Below are positions 60,364 to 64,000 of a DNA stretch of 64,000 bases, in pieces. Origin of the DNA: an uncultured Planctomycetia bacterium (GTDB lineage Bacteria > Omnitrophota > Gorgyraeia > Velamenicoccales > Velamenicoccaceae); the NCBI GenBank assembly GCA_964471325.1, contig CAYYFL010000008.1:20879-84878 (forward strand), written 5' to 3'. The position numbers and the translations under genes are program-made. Below the pieces are notes generated by a model that made no database searches, was not told where the DNA came from, and saw only the letters and a list, made by a program, of their open reading frames with translations. Every line of letters starts with the position of its first letter. The first letter of the stretch is position 1.

Positions 60364-60966
60364 ATGATTGATGAAAAACTAATACACAACGCAAGGCCGG
60401 CATCCAGAATCATAGAAGAGATTGACGACTCCTGGCGCCAATTTGTTGAGAACTTAAAAGACCAGGCGTTCAAAGTCCCCTTTAAAGGAGACTATAGGTG
60501 TTGTGTCAAGAATGACTTTTTTCACGTTGAAGCCTACGTAGGTCCTCTTGTGATCGATAAGCTCTACGATGGCCGCAACACCTATCTGCTCAAGACCCCG
60601 ATTAAGCATGAGGCCTTTACGCTCTATGGCGAATATGACCAGGCCGGGGACTTTTGCAACTTTGTTTCAGACCCTGAGATCGGCTGCCACTATCTGGCCA
60701 TGAGCAATATGGACGCCGGCCGCAAGATCTGCACAGGAGACCTCCAGGTTAACAACGCGAGCCTCAATTCGCTTGAAGCGCTCAAAACAATGGCATTAGA
60801 GGTTATCAAGTCTTTCAGGCTCATTAATCTGACATCTTTAGGCACCGTGATATTGCCTGAAGAGCATTCTATCCTTAAAGATATCTTATCTGATAAGTCT
60901 AAAGGCCCGGATATGAAAACAAAGAGCCTGCTAGACGCAAATTTGATCGAACCATTATTAAAATAG
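60364..60966 (+). CDS. candidate E2-like (UBC-fold) protein (PRTRC protein B-position)
   Basis: Sited between the Ubl and E1 genes. HYLAMSNMDAGRKICTGDL resembles the UBC active-site stretch HPN(I/V)...G.IC. Confidence 0.4.
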   Translation: MIDEKLIHNARPASRIIEEIDDSWRQFVENLKDQAFKVPFKGDYRCCVKNDFFHVEAYVGPLVIDKLYDGRNTYLLKTPIKHEAFTLYGEYDQAGDFCNFVSDPEIGCHYLAMSNMDAGRKICTGDLQVNNASLNSLEALKTMALEVIKSFRLINLTSLGTVILPEEHSILKDILSDKSKGPDMKTKSLLDANLIEPLLK

Positions 60967-60977
60967 GAGAAGAAACA

Positions 60978-61922
60978 ATGCCTCAAGGAGCTATTTACTC
61001 GCGGCAGGAGTTAATCGACCAACTGGACATACCGGAAATCGCTACCGTCATAGGGTGCGGCGGCACAGGATTCTGGACCGCGGTGTTTCTGGCGATGAGC
61101 GGGGTGGAAGAATTGGTCCTGGTGGATCGCGATATCATCGAGATATCCAATCTTAACAGATTGCTCTTGGAAGAGCGGCACGTGGGAAAGAAAAAGATCG
61201 AAGTTCTAAAAGAAATCATCTCAGGTGTTAGAAAATCAACAAGGATCGAAACCCATGACATGCGCATTGAAAAATCAGCGGACTGCCAGGTCCTGCGTGG
61301 GAAAGTATTCTGCTGTACAGATAATTTGAAAAGCCAGCAGCTTATCTGTGCATATGCCAAGAAAAACGACTTAACCTATCAGAGAATAGGCTATGACGGC
61401 ACGGTTTTGAACGTCTCCAGGGCCTTTCCCTTGTCTTTTAAAGAAGTCGAAGGCCAGGAAGGCTATACGTTTACCCCTTCTTGGGTCGTTCCAGCGGCAC
61501 TGGCAGCCGCAGCCGGCGTCGCCTCGGTCATGTATAAGCGGCTGTCTTTGATGGAAGATTTGGGCAAGTTGCACATACAGCATTCTTCCTTTGTCCCTGA
61601 GAAGATCTTGGATGAAGCCAAGCAGGAACGTGAAGATTACATCACAGATCATATCGATGATTATCTTCCCAGCGGTTACGGCTATTGCGACGACTGCAGC
61701 CATTGCGATGACTGCAATAGGGTGGACCCAGAAGATCATTGCTCAGACTGCGACAAGGAATACACCCAAGCTGATCTTGACGAAAAAATCGCTGAAGAGA
61801 AAGAAGAATGGCTGAAAGAAACAATCGAAGAGATCAAATCAGGTGAGATCTCCAGGGAAGAATTAAAAGAAGCTTTGAAGCAATGGTTTAAAATCACTCA
61901 AAGGAGGCCAAAAAATGAATAA
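60978..61922 (+). CDS. ThiF/MoeB/E1-like adenylating enzyme with Cys-rich acidic C-terminal tail
   Basis: ATVIGCGGTGFWTAVFLAMSGV (nucleotide loop) and LVDRDIIEISNLNRL (ThiF signature). Tail YCDDCSHCDDCNRVDPEDHCSDCD. Confidence 0.85.
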   Translation: MPQGAIYSRQELIDQLDIPEIATVIGCGGTGFWTAVFLAMSGVEELVLVDRDIIEISNLNRLLLEERHVGKKKIEVLKEIISGVRKSTRIETHDMRIEKSADCQVLRGKVFCCTDNLKSQQLICAYAKKNDLTYQRIGYDGTVLNVSRAFPLSFKEVEGQEGYTFTPSWVVPAALAAAAGVASVMYKRLSLMEDLGKLHIQHSSFVPEKILDEAKQEREDYITDHIDDYLPSGYGYCDDCSHCDDCNRVDPEDHCSDCDKEYTQADLDEKIAEEKEEWLKETIEEIKSGEISREELKEALKQWFKITQRRPKNE

Positions 61923-62574
61923 TATCCAAAACAACGCAAGCAATATCTTAAACGTCAATATCAAAAATTATACGGACTGCGGATGGTGTTCGGATAAGGC
62001 CAACGAGGAGATCCTGAATATCCCTTGGTTCATCTGGAGCCAGTGGCTGTATATTTCCCGGAGGATGGGCAAGAAAGAGTGGGGAGCGATATTTTGGGTC
62101 AAGGATAACACCGTAACCGGTTTTAAGATTCCCAAACAGGAAGTCAACTCGGTTGAGTGCGCATTCAAAGAGGAATTGGGCGGGGACGGGATTATCCATT
62201 CCCATCATGATATGGGTGCTTTTCATTCGACTCAGGATGACGCCCACGCGCGCAATCTTTATCAGTATTCGATAGTTCTTTCGAATTCAGATGGAAGCGT
62301 CTGTACGAAAAGACTCAAACTGCCCTGCGGAGCTTTCGGCTATATGCAGGTGCGGCTTGGCATCGTTGATCTGCCGGAAATCGATCTGGAAAAAATCGGC
62401 GAGAAAAAGAGAGAAGCGACCTTGGAGCAATCCGAAGAGGAATTATGCCGACAGGCCCAATGCGACGAGCTGCAAATGCAGTGTGAAGAATGCATGAGGT
62501 CTGATTGCCATGGTTGCGAGATTTTTCTTGCTATGCAGAAAATAGAGGCCGGAATGTTTGGGACCGGGTTTTAG
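61915..62574 (+). CDS. JAB/MPN (JAMM) metalloprotease
   Basis: Exact JAMM spacing HxH-x7-S-xx-D in IIHSHHDMGAFHSTQDD, with an upstream Glu (FKEELGG). Cys-rich C-terminus. Overlaps the E1 stop by 8 nt. Confidence 0.85.
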   Translation: MNNIQNNASNILNVNIKNYTDCGWCSDKANEEILNIPWFIWSQWLYISRRMGKKEWGAIFWVKDNTVTGFKIPKQEVNSVECAFKEELGGDGIIHSHHDMGAFHSTQDDAHARNLYQYSIVLSNSDGSVCTKRLKLPCGAFGYMQVRLGIVDLPEIDLEKIGEKKREATLEQSEEELCRQAQCDELQMQCEECMRSDCHGCEIFLAMQKIEAGMFGTGF

Positions 62575-62861
62575 AGGTTCCTGAGACAGGCACGACAAGG
62601 GCGGCGGGGTCAATCCGGGCATTATTGGTTTCTGGGATCTAGTCAAATCCACGATGAAAGACGGCTTTATATCTGTAAAGCTTTACGCGATATTAATGAT
62701 GCGTCAAAAAATGCCTCATGATGAGGTTGGTCCATTTTTTGCGATGATTGCGGAGTGCTAACTTTAAACGGCCTTTTCCGTCGAGAAAAATGAGTATCTG
62801 AAAAATCGGGCAAAAATTAACCCTTGATTTCCTCGGAGAAATATGTTACGCATTATTCATT

Positions 62862-63632
62862 ATGGAGAAAGTTTTCATTTTTGATGAAGACATCAAGACA
62901 CGATCTTTCCTTTATGAGTTGATTTCGGAGCTTGGATGGGGCGTGCATACGGTCGCCTCCGGCTCCGTGATCCTTGATTTATTGAAGAACGAACGGCCCG
63001 GCCTGATCATTCTTGCCGAGCAGGAAGGGGAGTTCTGCGGTTTTTCCCTTGTCAGAAAGATCCGCATATTCGATAAAGACGTAAAAATCATTGTATTTTT
63101 CAATCCTGCCTCCGGCCCTTGCCGTGATCCCAACTCAGTCTCAAGAGAGGCAGATATCAGCGCCTACCTGCCCAAGGATTTTCAGGATCCGCGTATCATT
63201 AAGGAAATTATTTCTGTTTTGAATCAACAAATCTATATGAAGCCTGAAGGCATGACGATCCGCGGGAATATTCTTGTTGTCGATGATGAAATAGAAGGCA
63301 GGGAAACAGTGGCCCATTTTTTGCGCAGGAGAGGATTCAGCGCTGATGTGGCCTTAAGCGGCGAAGAGTGCGTTGAAAAGATCAAACAGAAGCCCTTTGA
63401 TCTTGTTCTTCTTGATATTTCCTTGGCGGGCATGGACGGCCTGTTGACCCTCAAGCGGATCAGGGAAATCAACCCCAATATCAAGGTCATCATGAGCACG
63501 GGGCTTGCCAACCCCGAAGTCATTGAGCAGGCGAAATCGCTGGGGGCCGATGATTATCTGGTGAAGCCTTTTAATTTCGGCAGCCTGGAAGCATCTTTGG
63601 TTGCTTTACTGATCAGCAAAAAAAAGACATAA
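62862..63632 (+). CDS. tandem-receiver response regulator (degenerate first receiver, canonical second)
   Basis: The second domain has ILVVDDE, LVLLDISLAGMDG and DYLVKPF. The first domain has Ala-Glu (LIILAEQ) where the phospho-acceptor Asp is expected. Confidence 0.8.
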   Translation: MEKVFIFDEDIKTRSFLYELISELGWGVHTVASGSVILDLLKNERPGLIILAEQEGEFCGFSLVRKIRIFDKDVKIIVFFNPASGPCRDPNSVSREADISAYLPKDFQDPRIIKEIISVLNQQIYMKPEGMTIRGNILVVDDEIEGRETVAHFLRRRGFSADVALSGEECVEKIKQKPFDLVLLDISLAGMDGLLTLKRIREINPNIKVIMSTGLANPEVIEQAKSLGADDYLVKPFNFGSLEASLVALLISKKKT

Positions 63633-63720
63633 AAATGATGGTGTGTTGCATAACCCGCTAAGGCTGAAAGAAGGTCGTCTCCGTCAGTTCAGCGAACGCT
63701 GGTATTTTGAAGATGTATAG

Positions 63721-63756
63721 GCCTCTGCTGCGGTTATCGGCAGAGGCTTTATATTT
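63721..63756 (+). terminator. terminator-like hairpin
   Basis: GCCTCTGC / GCAGAGGC 8-bp stem, 11-nt loop, followed by TTTATATTT. Lies 89 nt after the response-regulator stop. Confidence 0.4.
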
Positions 63757-64000
63757 CAGAGATTAGAAATTCACGTTTGATCTGGAGGCGAAGAACTTCG
63801 CGTTTGATTTTTGGATAGAGTAGAATGTGCAAGCTGAAAGAGTAGTAATACCCATAGCTATCTGCGTTCGTGTGTTGTATATTTATGCTGGATGCAGGCA
63901 CCTTGTTGAAAGCGAAAACAGCAATGTTGCTGTAACCTATTGCGAAACATTATGTTAAATCTCTGAATAAATAAGTAGTAGATGCGGTCAACGGTTAGGA

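Larger units (their letters stand above)
25629..62600. mobile_element. conjugative element (ICE or integrated plasmid) with F-type T4SS plus type IVb pilus; right border not resolved
   Basis: Visible drop in G+C after 25628. The content is almost exclusively conjugation, pilus, TA, methylase/defence and leading-region-type genes. No integrase is seen in the window. Confidence 0.7.

Noticed and set aside
25985-62574. Possibility that the element uses a genetic code with TGA as a sense codon, prompted by the TGA at the Trp position of the xis-like ORF.
   Set aside because: TGA acts as a genuine stop in many element genes, including ATGA start/stop overlaps at 32124, 33467, 35811, 49874 and 50602. 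No other gene needs TGA read-through to be intact.
25624-62706. Shared 9-mer ATGATGCGT at 25626-25634 and 62695-62703, as candidate attL/attR direct repeats.
   Set aside because: A single 9-nt match between two ~300-nt regions is expected by chance at appreciable frequency, and there is no extended similarity around it.
63754-63968. 10-nt inverted repeat TTCAGAGATT / AATCTCTGAA, and the direct repeat TTC(A/G)CGTTTGAT near the window end.
   Set aside because: They are short, AT-rich and about 200 nt apart. They are compatible with chance, and no associated gene lies within the window.
1-64000. Search for CRISPR arrays, rRNA, tRNA, tmRNA, IS elements and integrons.
   Set aside because: I saw no regularly spaced short repeats, no tRNA cloverleaf-compatible segments, and no transposase- or integrase-like ORFs on either strand. 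This was inspection by eye only; tRNAscan, Infernal and ISfinder would be decisive.

Overview
The window has two parts. (1) nt 1-25628 is a dense block of ordinary chromosomal-type genes, all on the + strand and visibly GC-rich. It holds an SDR sugar enzyme, a GH-A glycosidase, TatD, a PRTase, TcdA, SufC/SufB, a receiver / multi-PAS histidine kinase / receiver trio and NnrE. It also holds a fluoride module (crcB + DUF190), a K+/H+ antiporter, GIY-YIG, a GT-C/TPR membrane protein, a PEP-utilising-type enzyme, a dipeptide epimerase and a DUF819-like protein. (2) From about 25.63 kb to at least 62.6 kb lies a visibly AT-richer accessory region that I read as a conjugative element. It carries an F-type T4SS set: traG(N), a coupling protein, a VirB2-like pilin, traL/E/K/B/V/C, then traU/trbC-like/traF/H. 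This set is split by a complete type IVb-pilus cluster whose gene order mirrors IncI1 R64 pilM-pilV, ending in a pilin fused to a phage tail-collar domain. Other cargo: a Replic_Relax-type protein instead of a recognisable HUH relaxase, an Imm-type small membrane protein, and two intact toxin-antitoxin pairs plus one decayed zeta-like P-loop ATPase locus. There is also an excisionase-like ORF interrupted by TGA at the conserved Trp, a GHKL-ATPase/two-unknowns/Dam-type methylase cluster, and a Ubl / E2-like / E1 / JAB cassette of PRTRC type. Non-coding structure: a 174-nt near-perfect inverted repeat brackets 29.2 kb of the element. Two copies of a ~200-nt module carry covarying hairpins and a long-range helix that covers the downstream ribosome-binding site. 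An orphan promoter-plus-terminator unit sits directly upstream of traE. I found no rRNA, tRNA, CRISPR array, integrase or transposase. All family assignments come from motif recognition by eye; no database search, GC calculation or folding program was run.
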